Assembly: GCF_963921235.1 (NCBI RefSeq)
Contig: NC_086125.1
Coordinates: 20,336,001 to 20,400,000, forward strand
Length of the DNA: 64,000 nucleotides
Reading direction: 5' to 3'
Source of the DNA: Mobula hypostoma
Taxonomy: Eukaryota
How positions within the stretch are numbered: the first letter of the stretch is position 1; each line of letters begins with the position of its first letter. This document shows positions 38,130 to 50,455 of this stretch, one piece after another. A program made the position numbers and the translations under genes. Under the pieces are notes generated by a model that was not told the DNA's origin, made no database searches, and saw nothing but the letters and a program-made list of their open reading frames with translations.

Positions 38130-38840
38130 ATTCAAAATATCACATGCCTGATAACATGACCACTTGGTGAAGAACATGCTCCCATCCTGTCAACATAGAA
38201 AATCCATATTTATTTTCTCAGGACAGTTTATTCTTTTCTTAGAGATACAGCACAGGAACAGGCCCTTTTGACCCAGCGAGCCCGCCCTGCCCAATTGCAC
38301 CCATGTGACCAATTGACCTACAAACCCATACGCCTTTGGAATGTGGGAGGAAACCGGAGCACCTGGAGGAAACCAGTGTGGTCACAGGGATTATGAACTG
38401 GAACTTCAAAACATTAAACTAGTTCAAAAGGAAGACTCGGGAGTCTGAAAATACAGGCCTAACTTTGAGCTTATTTTAAGTGAAGTGTGCACATACCCTG
38501 TGGTAGTGTGACGATGTGTGCAATCCACTTATTTATACATATCACCTGTACTGAATTATTTAAACAAACAGGAGGGCTTAATCAATGAATATATAAACAA
38601 AATTATACAAACTATTGAAATATTAAATACACAACAATGGGGGAAATGTACAAATTCCCTACAGACAGCAGCGGGAACTGAATCTGGGTCACTGGCACTG
38701 TAAGAACCACTACGATTTACGTACACTTAAAGGCAAAGCCAAGTCAGACTCAGGAACAGGCACATTTGGTTCCGAGTCTGTTCAGGTCAGAGGCTGCTCA
38801 GTGCAGTGGAGAGGAAAGGGGTAAAAAAAAATGGCCAGAG

Positions 38841-38978
38841 CAACACTCACAACACGCTGGAGGAACTCAGCAGGTCGGGCAGCACATCACTTCCACGGAT
38901 GCTGCCCGACCTGCTGAGTTCGTCCAGTGTGTCGTGAGTGTTGCTTTGATCCCAGCATCTGCAGGGTATTTTGTCTTT
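38841..38978. mobile_element. Miniature Penelope-derived fold-back element lacking the hammerhead core
   Basis: Inverted arms. TSD AAAAAATGGCCAGAG at 38826-38840 and 38979-38993. Confidence 0.85.
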
Positions 38979-39288
38979 AAAAAATGGCCAGAGTTAGCCC
39001 ATGAAGGTTAACAAATGCAAAGGCGGCCAACGAGAACTAGTCCACCCTCCCTCACGAATGGGGTGAAATCGATCTGCCTCCATTCTAAATGTGTTGCCCG
39101 TTCATGCATCGCCACTCTTGTTAGCAGGGTGGCAGGAATACAACAGGCCAAATGGCCTCCTCTTGTGTTATAAATTCTATACCTCCATGATTTTCACTGA
39201 ACCACCGGAAAATATCTTTACGTAAGTAGGGCAGAGGAAAAAAAGAACTTGGCCCAAAAGAAACAGCCACCGGCCCACGATTTAAAAG

Positions 39289-39302
39289 GTTGCTATGGCA
39301 AT
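39289..39302. promoter_or_regulatory. RFX X-box-like motif
   Basis: GTTGCTATGGCAAT in a repeat-poor island. Function untested. Confidence 0.4.
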
Positions 39303-40754
39303 ACAGTGTTCCCTGCATTAAAAAAAGGGGGATCCCAGGTTCCAGCAACACAGGGAAATTTTCAGACAACCAAATTCCACCCCCTCCATTGAACCAGGAA
39401 ATGTCAGTTGGTCAGTGAATGAGCCTGCATTAGAAATCCACACTGTGCTTTCCAAGACCCTGCAAGCAATTCACTATTTGTGTTGGCATTCAAAATGGCA
39501 GCCGTCCAGTTCTTGAAAGGTTTTATTGCCTGGAAAACAATGGCAACTGCCTGCTCAGTGCATCGCAGAAAGTACCGGGACAAACAGCCACAGAAAGAGG
39601 CACTTTCTTCAAACACAGTCAACTGGCTCGGCACCTCGGGGGTTGAGATGGGAGGAGAATTGGTTAGTGTAGGGTCTTTGTGGCCCTATTACAGCTGGGG
39701 GCGTTCCAGATTTCGGAACTCAATTCCAGCACCGCCTGTAAGGAGTTTATACATTCCTCCCTTGACCTATGTGGGTTTCCTCCGGGTTCCCCGGTTTCTT
39801 TCCACAGACCACAGTTAGTAGGTTAACTGGTCTTTGTTAATCGTCATGTGCTGAGCCTATAGAGTTAAATAGGTAGTGTGGCTCTTTTGGGCCAGAAGGG
39901 CCTGTTCTGCACTGTATTTCTAAATAGATAGGTAGGCAGGTAAGTAGATTTGTACGGACCTCACCCCGGGGTCCGTTCCTGTACAGTGGATTCGGAGCAG
40001 GATGGTCATCTGGTAGAGGCAGGTCTAGAGCAGTTTGTACTCAAGGTGCGGTGGGAACTGGTCGCTGAATCAGGCAAAGTGTACAGAGCCTGTAATTCAT
40101 TCTCATGCAACAGATGTGCCCTGACAAGAATATCTTTCGTGCAAGTGAGTTGCAACATCAATAGGCCATTATTCTGCCCAGAAAGGTAATGTTCAGGAGC
40201 TCAACAAGAGGCTTACTCATCTGCCTGCAGCTTTCTGGGTGGTACTTATCTTTCGTGTGGGGTCACCGAAACTACAGAACACAGTGGATGACTTTAACAG
40301 GTCACACCTAAAGCTGACACAGTACTGACAGAGATTACTTGTGGTTGAGAAAACACAGGAAGACTGGAACAGAATCAACATCACTGGCGAGTAGTATATA
40401 TTCATTCAACAACTGCCAACCAATTAGATGCTCTGTGTAAAAGACTTACCATTTATAAAGCACCTTTCATGGTCGTGAAGCACTTACAGCCAAAGTTACA
40501 GGTTTTTGATGTCCATAGATGTGAAGAGGTACAGGAGCCTGAAGACCCACACTCAATAATTCAAAAACATCGCCTTCCCCCGCCATTAGACTTCTGAACT
40601 GTCCACAATCCCATGAACATTACCTCATTATTCCATTACCTGCACTGTATTAATGTTTACAACAGGAATTCTGCAGATGCTGGAAATTCAAGCAACATAC
40701 ATCAAAGTTGCTGGTGAACGCAGCAGGCCAAGCAGCATCTATAGGAAGAGGCGC

Positions 40755-40790
40755 AGTCGACGTTTCAGGCTGAGACCCTTCGTCAGGACT
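40755..40790 (-). ncRNA. Minimal type I hammerhead ribozyme motif (Penelope), intact core
   Basis: AGUC CUGACGA AGGGUCUCAGCCU GAAA CGUC GACU: stem I AGUC/GACU, stem II, palindromic ACGU in place of stem III, GUC triplet. Confidence 0.8.
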
Positions 40791-42820
40791 AACTGAAGGA
40801 AGAGTGAGTAAGGGATTTGAAAGCTGGAGGGGCAGGGGGAGATCCAAAATGATAGGAGAAGACAGGAGGGGGAGGGATAGAGCCGAGAGCTGGACAGGTG
40901 ATAGGCAAAAGGGGATACGAGAGGATCATGGGACAGGAAGTCCGGGAAGAAAGACGGGGGGGGGGGGTGACCCAGAGGATGGGCAAGAGGTATATTCAGA
41001 GGGACAGAGGGAGAAAAAGGAGAGTGAGAGAAAGAATGTGTGCATAAAAATGAGTAACAGCTGGGGTACGAGGGGGAGGTGGGGCCTAGCGGAAGTTAGA
41101 GAAGTCAATGTTCATGCCATCAGGTTGGAGGCTACCCAGACGGAATATAAGGTGTTGTTCCTCCAACCTGAGTGTGGCTTCATCTTTACAGTAGAGGAGG
41201 CCGTGGATAGACATGTCAGAATGGGAATGGGATGTGGAATTAAAAGGTGTGGCCACTGGGAGATCCTGCTTTCTCTGGCGGACAGAGCGTAGATGTTCAG
41301 CAAAGCGGTCTCCCAGTCTGCGTCGGGTCTCACCAATATATAAAAGGCCACATCGGGAGCACCGGACGCAGTATATCACCCCAGTCGACTCACAGGTGAA
41401 GTGATGCCTCACCTGGAAGGACTGTTTGGGGCCCTGAATGGTGGTAAGGGAGGAAGTGTAAGGGCATGTGTAGCACTTGTTCCGCTTACACGGATAAGTG
41501 CCAGGAGGGAGATCAGTGGGGAGGGATGGGGGGGACGAATGGACAAGGGAGTTGTGTAGGGAGCGATCCCTGCGGAATGCAGAGAGAGGGGGGGAGGGAA
41601 AGATGTGCTTAGTGGTGGGATCCCGTTGGAGGTGGCGGAAGTTACGGAGAATAATATGTTGGACCCGGAGGCTGGTGGGGTGGTAGGTGAGGACCAGGGG
41701 AACCCTATTCCTCGTGGGGTGGTGGGAGGATGGAGTGAGAGCACATGGACGTGAAATGGAGGAGATGCGTTTAAGAGCAGAGTTGATAGTGGAGGAAGGG
41801 AAGCCCCTTTCTTTAAAAAATGAAGACATCTCCCTCGTCCTAGAATGAAAAGCCTCATCCTGAGAGCAGATGCGGCGGAGACGGAGGAATTGCGAGAAGG
41901 GGATGGCGTTTTGGTGGTCCTCACCTACCACCCCACCAGCCTCCGGGTCCAACATATTATTCTCCGTAACTTCCGCCACCTCCAACGGGATCCCACCACT
42001 AAGCACATCTTTCCCTCCCCCCCCTCTCTCTGCATTCCGCAGGGATCGCTCCCTACACAACTCCCTTGTCCATTCGTCCCCCCCATCCCTCCCCACTGAT
42101 CTCCCTCCTGGCACTTATCCGTGTAAGCGGAACAAGTGCTACACATGCCCTTACACTTCCTCCCTTACCACCATTCAGGGCCCCAAACAGTCCTTCCAGG
42201 TGAGGCATCACTTCACCTGTGAGTCGACTGGGGTGATATACTGCGTCCGGTGCTCCCGATGTGGCCTTTTATATATTGGTGAGACCCGACGCAGACTGGG
42301 AGACCGCTTTGCTGAACATCTACGCTCTGTCCGCCAGAGAAAGCAGGATCTCCCAGTGGCCACACATTTTAATTCCACATCCCATTCCCATTCTGACATG
42401 TCTATCCACGGCCTCCTCTACTGTAAAGATGAAGCCACACTCAGGTTGGAGGAACAACACCTTATATTCCGTCTGGGTAGCCTCCAACCTGATGGCATGA
42501 ACATTGACTTCTCTAACTTCCGCTAGGCCCCACCTCCCCCTCGTACCCCAGCTGTTACTCATTTTTATGCACACATTCTTTCTCTCACTCTCCTTTTTCT
42601 CCCTCTGTCCCTCTGAATATACCTCTTGCCCATCCTCTGGGTCACCCCCCCCCCCGTCTTTCTTCCCGGACCTCCTGTCCCATGATCCTCTCGTATCCCC
42701 TTTTGCCTATCACCTGTCCAGCTCTCGGCTCTATCCCTCCCCCTCCTGTCTTCTCCTATCATTTTGGATCTCCCCCTCCCCCTCCAACTTTCAAATCCCT
42801 TACTCACTCTTCCTTCAGTT

Positions 42821-42856
42821 AGTCCTGACGAAGGGTCTCGGCCTGAAACGTCGACT
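42821..42856 (+). ncRNA. Minimal type I hammerhead ribozyme motif (Penelope), intact core
   Basis: AGUC CUGACGA AGGGUCUCGGCCU GAAA CGUC GACU; predicted cut after 42852. Confidence 0.8.
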
Positions 42857-44222
42857 GTGCCTCTTCCTATAGATGCTGCTTGGCCTGCTGCGTTCACCAG
42901 CAACTTTGATGTATGTTGCTGTATTAATGTTTGTAATCTTATGTCTTAGCACCAAACTCCTGCCACAAAATGACAAGTGTCACATCATCGGGAGAATACA
43001 CCAATTCCTATTGAGGGACCAGTGATAGAGAGGGTGAGCAGATCCAAGTTCTTGGACTCAGAGGGTCTATCCTCGGCCCCACTTATTAAAGCAAATCGCA
43101 TCGAAGGCGCGCCGGCAGCTAGACCTCATCGGGAGTTTTACGTCATCAAGGACCCTACCAAATTTCTACCGATGTAAGGGTGGAGGCCATTCTGACTGGT
43201 TGCATCACCATCTAGAATGGAGACGCCAAAGCGCAGGATCACGAGTTGCTGACTCAGCCAGCTCCGCTACGAGTGCCACCGAGGACGTCATTAAAAGGGG
43301 ACGCCTCCATCATCCAGGACGTGCCCTCTTCTCATTACTGCCATCAGGGAGGAAATACAGGAGCCTGAAGACCCACACTCAACATATCAGGAACAGCTTC
43401 TTCCCTTCCGCCTTTCTGGATGGATAAAGAGCCCATGGACACTACCTCATTACTTATCTTTTGCACTCTTTTTATACAGCAAGTAACCACTTTATTAGGT
43501 ACTTACAATGAGTGTATGTTCGTGGTCTTCTGCTGCTGTAGCCCATCCACTTCAAGGTTCAACATGCTGTGCATTCAGAGATGCTCTTCTGCACACCACT
43601 GTTGTAACGTGTGGTGATTTAAGTTTCTGTCACCTTCCTGCCCGTTTGAACCAGTCTGACCATTTTCCTGCCACCTCTATCGTTAACAAGGTGCTTTCGC
43701 CCACAGAACTGGATTTTTTTTTGTTCCTTACGCCATTCTTTGCAAACTCTAGAGAAAATCCCAGGAAATCTGTAGTTTCTGAGGTACTCAAACCACCTCG
43801 TTTGGCACCAACAATCATTACATGTGGTCATGGGGAAAAACATACACACTCCTTAAAAATGGTGGCAAGAATTGAATCCCGATTGGTTATTTGATTTTAC
43901 GTTTCGATGTACATTTGACAGCTTAAATGCTGGCCCAGATCGGAGGCGAGAGCCGATTTCACTTGCTCTCTGCAATCTTCACTCCTTTCTCCATGGTACC
44001 GGAGCCTTTCACTGTTCTATTGTTTGGTCAATTTAAACACCGGCGCAGACAGACTGAAGAGACAGGGTGTTGGTCGGGATGAGAGCCGAATTCGTTTGTT
44101 CTCTGCAATGGTCATCTCCATGTCACTGAGGCTATGAAGAATGAGGCTGTGCTCTGTACCCGCTAATATGATGAACTGCTAAGTGAGGCTTTGGGCCTAC
44201 TCCGACTCTCTACCTGCTAATA

Positions 44223-44803
44223 CAGACATCCCACCTCTCCCGGAAGTTCCGGGAGTCTCCGGCATATTAATAGTGGCTCCCTGATGCCCACAAATTATAT
44301 ACAATATCATGGAAATCAATTTTTTCTGACAGCGAGCGAGCGAGAGAAAGCAAGAGAGAGCGCGAGAGTGACCATGGGAGAGAGAGCGCGCGAGCGAGAG
44401 AGAAAGCAAGCAAGAGCGCTAGAGCGCAAGGGAGAGAGCAAGAGCGCGTCAAGGCAGAGTGTTCCAAAAAAAGAAAATATAAAACGTACGTCACCCCAGA
44501 CTACACTAAAGTGTACCCCTGCCTAATAGGAGTAAAAAATAATGACAGTGTTGCTCACTGCACTGTTTGCAACAGTGACTTTTCTATTGCCCATGGTGGG
44601 TTAAGACTGTAAAAGACATGTTGAGGTGAGTTTAACAGATGTCATTCGTTCATTAGCATAGCTAACGTTATTTAAACTAGCTGGCCAGCTGCTGAGGAGC
44701 TACTGTATTGCAGACATCCCACCTCTCCCGGAAGTTCCAGGAGTCTCCCGCAAATTGATGGTGCTACCTCCCTGAAATGAGTTTTTGCAGGGCGGGGTGT
44801 CTG
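44223..44803 (+). mobile_element. Third copy of the hAT-like family, opposite orientation
   Basis: Same TIRs; TSD CTAATA / CGAATA; internal TIR copy at 44711. Confidence 0.8.
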
Positions 44804-45727
44804 CGAATATGATGAAGTGATAAGTGAGGCTTTGGGCCTGCTTCAGGCTGCTCCGGGGTTCAGCTCTGAGGAACAAGTTTGATTCAGAATGCTGTTGTTC
44901 GCTTCAATTGTTGACATGATTTGTATTTTTTTTTCTTCTTTCTCTTGCACAGAGTATTGGTCTTTATTTTTCTTTAAATTGTGTTCTTTCATGTTTTTTT
45001 GCTTTGTGAGCAAACAAATCTCAAGGTTGTATAATCTATACACTCTTTGATAATAAATGAATCTTGAATCTTGATTGCTGGTTCTGTAAAGTGATCGTGG
45101 TAACCACTATGATACCACACTTTCTCGGCATTCAGCAAACCTAACTAAACTGCTCGTAACTTCAAAGTAAATTTATGATCAAAGTACATATATGCACCCT
45201 ATACTACCCTGAGGTTCATTTTCTTGTGGGCAATTCACAGTAGGTGCAAAGGAACACAAAAGAATCAATGAAAAATTACACACAAGACAGTCAAACAACT
45301 TTGGCACTTGGTTGACTAAGTCCTGTTCCATCTCAGAGTTGACGTAGGTCAACACAACTGATCAGTTAAAGATTTATTGAAAATCTCTAATTATTTGTAC
45401 CCAAATTGTTATTAACAAACCCCAATCATTAATAAATGTGTGTTCTTCATAAAAATGCACGAGAGAATAGGGCACAAACAGTTGAACTTTGTACAGTGGT
45501 TTTGCACAGGTCACATGCTGATGTAACAGCTATAATTTTAACTGTGGTGAACCTGGTAAATCAAAGACAGTGGTTAGAATGCAAATGATGATGTCATCAC
45601 ATAGAGCTCAAGGGAAGTGGACTGAAGACAGACTTTCTACTGACAGTTCTGATGTAAACAGGACTTTCAATAAATGGTCTTCATCACAGGATTAGTGAGT
45701 GAGAGTGCAGTACTGTATACAGCTCAC

Positions 45728-46410
45728 TTCTTCATGTGCCTTGTGCATTACACGCTTGGGCGATCACGGCTTTCCACATCGAATGATCCCACGCAGCATC
45801 AATGATATCTCACACACCTAGATCTGTTAGTTCTTTCACAGCGTCCATGTATTTTCTTCTTTGCCTTCCTCTTCCGCGTTTCCCAGGCATACGGCCTTGT
45901 AATGTAAGGCATTCCTTTCTGATGACATGGAATTTAAGTTTCCTCTCATTTAATGTTCTCATTAAAGATCTTTTTGTACAGGCACGTTGGAGTACTGTGT
46001 CATTAGTTATCCTATCTCTATTTGATATTTTCAGCATTCTTCTAAGAAAGCACATTTCTGTTGCTTCTAAGTTTCTTTGGAGTTCTGGTGTTATAGTCCA
46101 TGTTTTGGAAGCATACAGCAAGATTGACCAGATGTAACATTTTAGTAGCCTAGGCCTTGTTGTTATAGAAATGTGACTGTTGGTAAAAATGGGTTTCATT
46201 TTTTGGAAGTGGGTTTTGGCAATGGCAATTCTTATTTTTATTTCTACTTTACTTCTAGCAACTTGTGATATAAAGCTACCAAGGTAATTAAAGCTGGTCT
46301 TTTGTTCAATCTCTTGGAAACCGATGTACAATTGGCAGTTGGGAGTATCCTGCTGCTTTGATATTAACATGCATTTGGTTTTTTTTTACAGTTGATGGTC
46401 ACTACTGAAT
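45728..46410 (-). mobile_element. RTE-clade LINE 3' fragment (RT C-terminus)
   Basis: ORF 45810..46370: SFNYLGSFIS...RIAIAK...LLKCYIWSILLYASKTWT...GKRGRGRQRRKYMD. Confidence 0.85.
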
Positions 46411-48699
46411 GCAAACTAGATCAGTTACTAAAACAAATCCTTCCTCACCTCACTCAGAATTAGATTCTTTGTCTTTAATCGTGGTTCTTGCACTCCCCTT
46501 CATGCCTCTTGTAAAAGAGGTTCAGTTGTAAAGATCAAGAACAGAATTAAATCTCATGACATATGTTAGCGATAATGAACCTGATTCTGAGGCAGATCAA
46601 TATGAGCACAGCACGTAAAGCCGCTGCCTCACAGTTCCCGTGACCTTCTGTCGAGGTGGAGTTTGTACATTCTTCATGTGCTTTCTACCGGTTGTCCTGA
46701 TTTCTATCCACATCTCTAAGTATTACAGTTTGGGAGGTTAAGTTCACTGTCAATATCCCCTGGTCTTAGGCACGTGGTAGAATTGGGGTGTTCTGAGACA
46801 CAAAACGCTGTAAAAACTCAGCCAGCAAAATGTCCACTGTTTCTTCCCCTCCCGACTTGCTAAGATCCTCCAGCACTTTATTTGCGTTGCTCAAGCATCC
46901 CTTGTGTTTATGCCACGAGGAATGCTGGGAGAACAAAACGTGTTAAGATAGGATTACTGTAAATGGGTCTTCAGATTCAAATTTAACTATCACGTCTACA
47001 TTGTAGCACAGAGGGAAATGCGTTGTTTGTGCTAAGGACGTGCCGGGGTAGCCCACAAGTGTCACCAACACAGCATGCCCACAATGTTCAAACACAACAC
47101 ACAACCATAACAACAGAACAAAACAGGCCCCTTTCCCACCCTCCCCACATGGAGGGCCGAGTGGCCTGTTCCGCAGCTGCATTGCTCTGTTCCACAAACA
47201 GAGGCTTTGACTGCGAAGAAGGATGTTGTAGCACAGTTCAGGGATAGGGGTGGTGGAATTCTCAAACAGGTAGAGATTTACCAGGATGCTGCCTTTACTA
47301 GAGAGCATGTCTTCTGAGGAGAGGCTGAGAGAGCCAGGGCTGTTTCCTGAGAGTGAAGGAGGGTAAAAGGAGACTCAAACGAGGTGTGTAAATGTATAGT
47401 GTATATATATGTATACGCATATAAAACAGTGTATATGTGTTTAAGTGTATAGTGTATACGTGTACAAATGCATAAATGCATGGTATAAATTATTGTTTTA
47501 TATAAAGGCATCCGTTAGTCTCATGAGACCATGGATTTGCGCCTTGGAAGGTTTCCAGGGCGCAGGCCTGGGCAAGGTTGTATGGAAGACCGGCAGTTGC
47601 CCATGCTGCAAGTCTCCCCTCTCCACGGCACCGATGCTGTCCAAGGGAAGGGCATTAGGACCCATACAGCTTGACACCAGTGTTGTCGCAGAGCAATGTG
47701 TGGTTAAGTGCCTTGCTCAAGGACACAACACGCTGCCTCAGCCAAGGCTCGAACTAGCTACCTTCAGATCACTAGACCGATACCTTAACCACTTGGCCAC
47801 ACGCCAACACATGGTGTAACTATGTATGTGCATGAATGCATAGAGTATATATGTATGTGTATAAATGCCAAAATTAAGGACAAAACAAAAAAAAACAATT
47901 CTTTACTGTTTCTTATAAAAAAAATAGGGAAGACTTTGGGACAATGAGTGAGGATGCACTGAACCACAATCATGCCAAGTGTGGATCACAAATAATGCTG
48001 ATACACCAAAGCATGGGATAATGACAGACTCCAACATTGAAACCAAGACAGCGATGTACCGTGACCTCGTAGCCTGTAGAAATGTTGGAATGACGCTGAA
48101 AGTTGTGAACAGCAATAAGGAAACCACTCTGGTAGCCACGTCCAAATGGGAGATCCTCTCACTTTTCGTCACTCTGAACGCGATGAGAAAAGATAAACCA
48201 CAAACATGGCCCTCTTCACTTGCCCAGCCTTTGTTTACAACCTCGTGCCTCAAAATTGGGCTCGTAATCCACAACGGGGCTTAGAGACTGTTGTGACACT
48301 GGATATGAACAACATAGAGAAAATTCTCCAAAGACGTAGCTGAGATGTTGACAGAGACCATGGCACTGTAGCTGGGGCAGTGATATGCCATCTAATATTG
48401 TATCTGGGATGGTGACGGACCCTAACTCTACAGCTCTGATTGTCTGGCACACGTTAACTACGACTGAGATTACGGGTCAGAAGCACAGTCTCACCGGATT
48501 AACAAGTAACAACTCTGTTGTTAACCAACTGAACAGAGTTTGCATGAATACAGCCTTGAAATATTAGACCCTTAAAACCTGGGAGAGGGTCAGCAGTCAT
48601 TCTCAGGAGCAGCTCCCGTCTTTTTCAACAGCTTTGCGATCAATTCTGCTTGACTGCACCTTTGGATGAGAGGTTCCAAAATGTGTCACCACTTCCGGA

Positions 48700-49270
48700 T
48701 TAGATCAAAGTAAATTTATTATCGAAGTACATATATGTCACCATTTACCACCCCGAGATTCATTTTCTTGTGGCATTCACAGTATACACAAAGAATCAAT
48801 GAAAAACTACACACAAAGGACAAACAAACAATGTGCAAAAGAAGACGAACTGTGCAAATACAAATCAACAGACAGATAGATGAACGTTATTGGGAACGTG
48901 AATGGTGGAGTCCTTGAAAGTGAGTCCATAGGTTTTGGAATCAGTTCGGTGTTGAGGTGAGTGAAGTTGTCCATGCTGGTTCAGGAGCCTGATGGTTGAG
49001 GGTAATAACTATTCCTGGACTTGGTGGCGTGGGACCCAAGGCTCCTGAGTCTCCTTCCTGATGGCAACAGTAAGAAAGGAACAAGGCCTGGATGGTGGAT
49101 GCCCCTGCTGCTTTCTTGTAGCAGTGCTCCTTGTAGGTGTGCTCAATGGTGGGGAGGGCTTTTCCTGTAACAGACTGGACTGTGCCCACCATGTTCTATA
49201 GGATTTTACATCGTTGCACATCGGCGTTTCCATACCAGGCTGTGATGCAGGCAGTCAGGATACTCTCCAC
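48700..49270 (-). mobile_element. Rex1/L2-group LINE 3' fragment
   Basis: GKALPTIEHTYKEHCYKKA-type RT tail and a (TTTGAAC)-like end. Related pieces at ~27440-27965(+), 42975-43480(+), 59880-60230(+), 40525-40658(+). Confidence 0.6.
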
Positions 49271-50455
49271 TGAGGTCTGTCAGCAGCTTGTGCTCACGGT
49301 AAGAGCACGCGCAGGCTCCAGACAGCAATTGGAGAGCTAACAGCTGCTGGAAGGAGAAAGGGGACATCCACGGCCGTTTGCCTTGTCTAGACATTCAAGA
49401 ATTACCAAACCCCATCGCCTTAGGGCAGATATCACCAAGAGTGACATCTCGCGGTAGAATCTTGCATCAGAGTTGGAGACTTAGCAACAGTGACAAAATG
49501 AGTAGCTGCACAATGTGGAACACCTCTACTAGCCCACTCGATGGGCCAAATGGCCTCATACAGGTACTATGTCTTACAGCCTTTTGGCATAAAGGGCAGA
49601 ACTTCAAACGTGGAGTCAGCATTAACAGTGCAAACTCGTTGAAGTCACTAAGAATGCATTTGATTGGAACAGGCAGTGCGGAGCGAAGCTTCACAGCCAG
49701 GGCGTCGTACTCAAGTGACGTGACTGTATAGACACAACACAGGGTTTGTGCTCCACCCAGATTTCACCAAAAATAGTGATGAACTAAAAGATCTCACTGT
49801 AGCTGAATTTAAACTAAAGAGCACAATGGAATGCTCACAGTGTCCTCAACCCCAAATATTTTCAGCAGGTTTCTTTGTTAAATTATTTCACAGGCAGGTC
49901 GGTATTACAAATGGTTCACAGTGGCACACTGCACAGAAGCAAACCCTGAAGGCAAATGAATCTGCAGGCACCCACCCACACTATTCTCCCCAGAGCCTCA
50001 TCAACTCCCCACACATCCTGCCACTACACACCAAGGACGATTTATGAATTTTATTTTTATTTACAGAAACAGCACGGTAACGAGCCCTTCCGGCCCAATG
50101 AGCCCGCGCCGCCCAATTACACACCTACGTGACCAATTAGTCTATGAACCCGTATGTCTTTGCAATGTGCAAAGAAACCGGGGCACCCGGAAGAAACCCA
50201 CCCAGTCATGGGGTGAATGTATAAACTCTATACACAGCGGTGGAATTGAACACGGGTCACTGCTGCTGTGATAACGTTACGCCAACCGCTGCACAACCGT
50301 GGTGCCACAGATTTACTGAGATCAATTAACCTGCTGTCCCAGACACCTCTGAGATGTGCAAATAAAACTGGAGCACCTGGAGGAAGCCCAATGACGGGAA
50401 GAATGTGCAAAGTCAGATCAAGATTAAACCAAAGTCTTTGCACTCCTTGTGGTTT

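Larger units (their letters stand above)
40659..42920. mobile_element. Neptune-type Penelope-like retroelement, 5'-truncated, with two tail-out inverted arms of ~1 kb
   Basis: The minus arm encodes the RT C-terminus (NAIPFSQFLRLRRICS), a Cys-rich linker (CKRNKCYTC) and a GIY-YIG endonuclease (GVIYCVRCSRCGLLYIGET), stop at 41086. Plus arm 41915-42920 is the inverted copy of 40691-41696. TSD CTGTATTAATGTTT at 40645-40658 and 42919-42932. Confidence 0.93.

Noticed and set aside
39965-40089. Exon-like segment with TACAG acceptor and GTGAG donor on the minus strand
   Set aside because: Stop codons in all three frames and no EGF pattern; not notch3 exon 2.
41086-42114. 342-aa ORF as an intact novel gene
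   Set aside because: It is a chimera reading across the inversion junction. The first ~68 aa are antisense of the right arm; only the remainder is Penelope RT tail plus GIY-YIG.
47735-47810. tRNA gene
   Set aside because: The A/B boxes belong to the tRNA-derived head of a SINE present in three copies; no complete cloverleaf.
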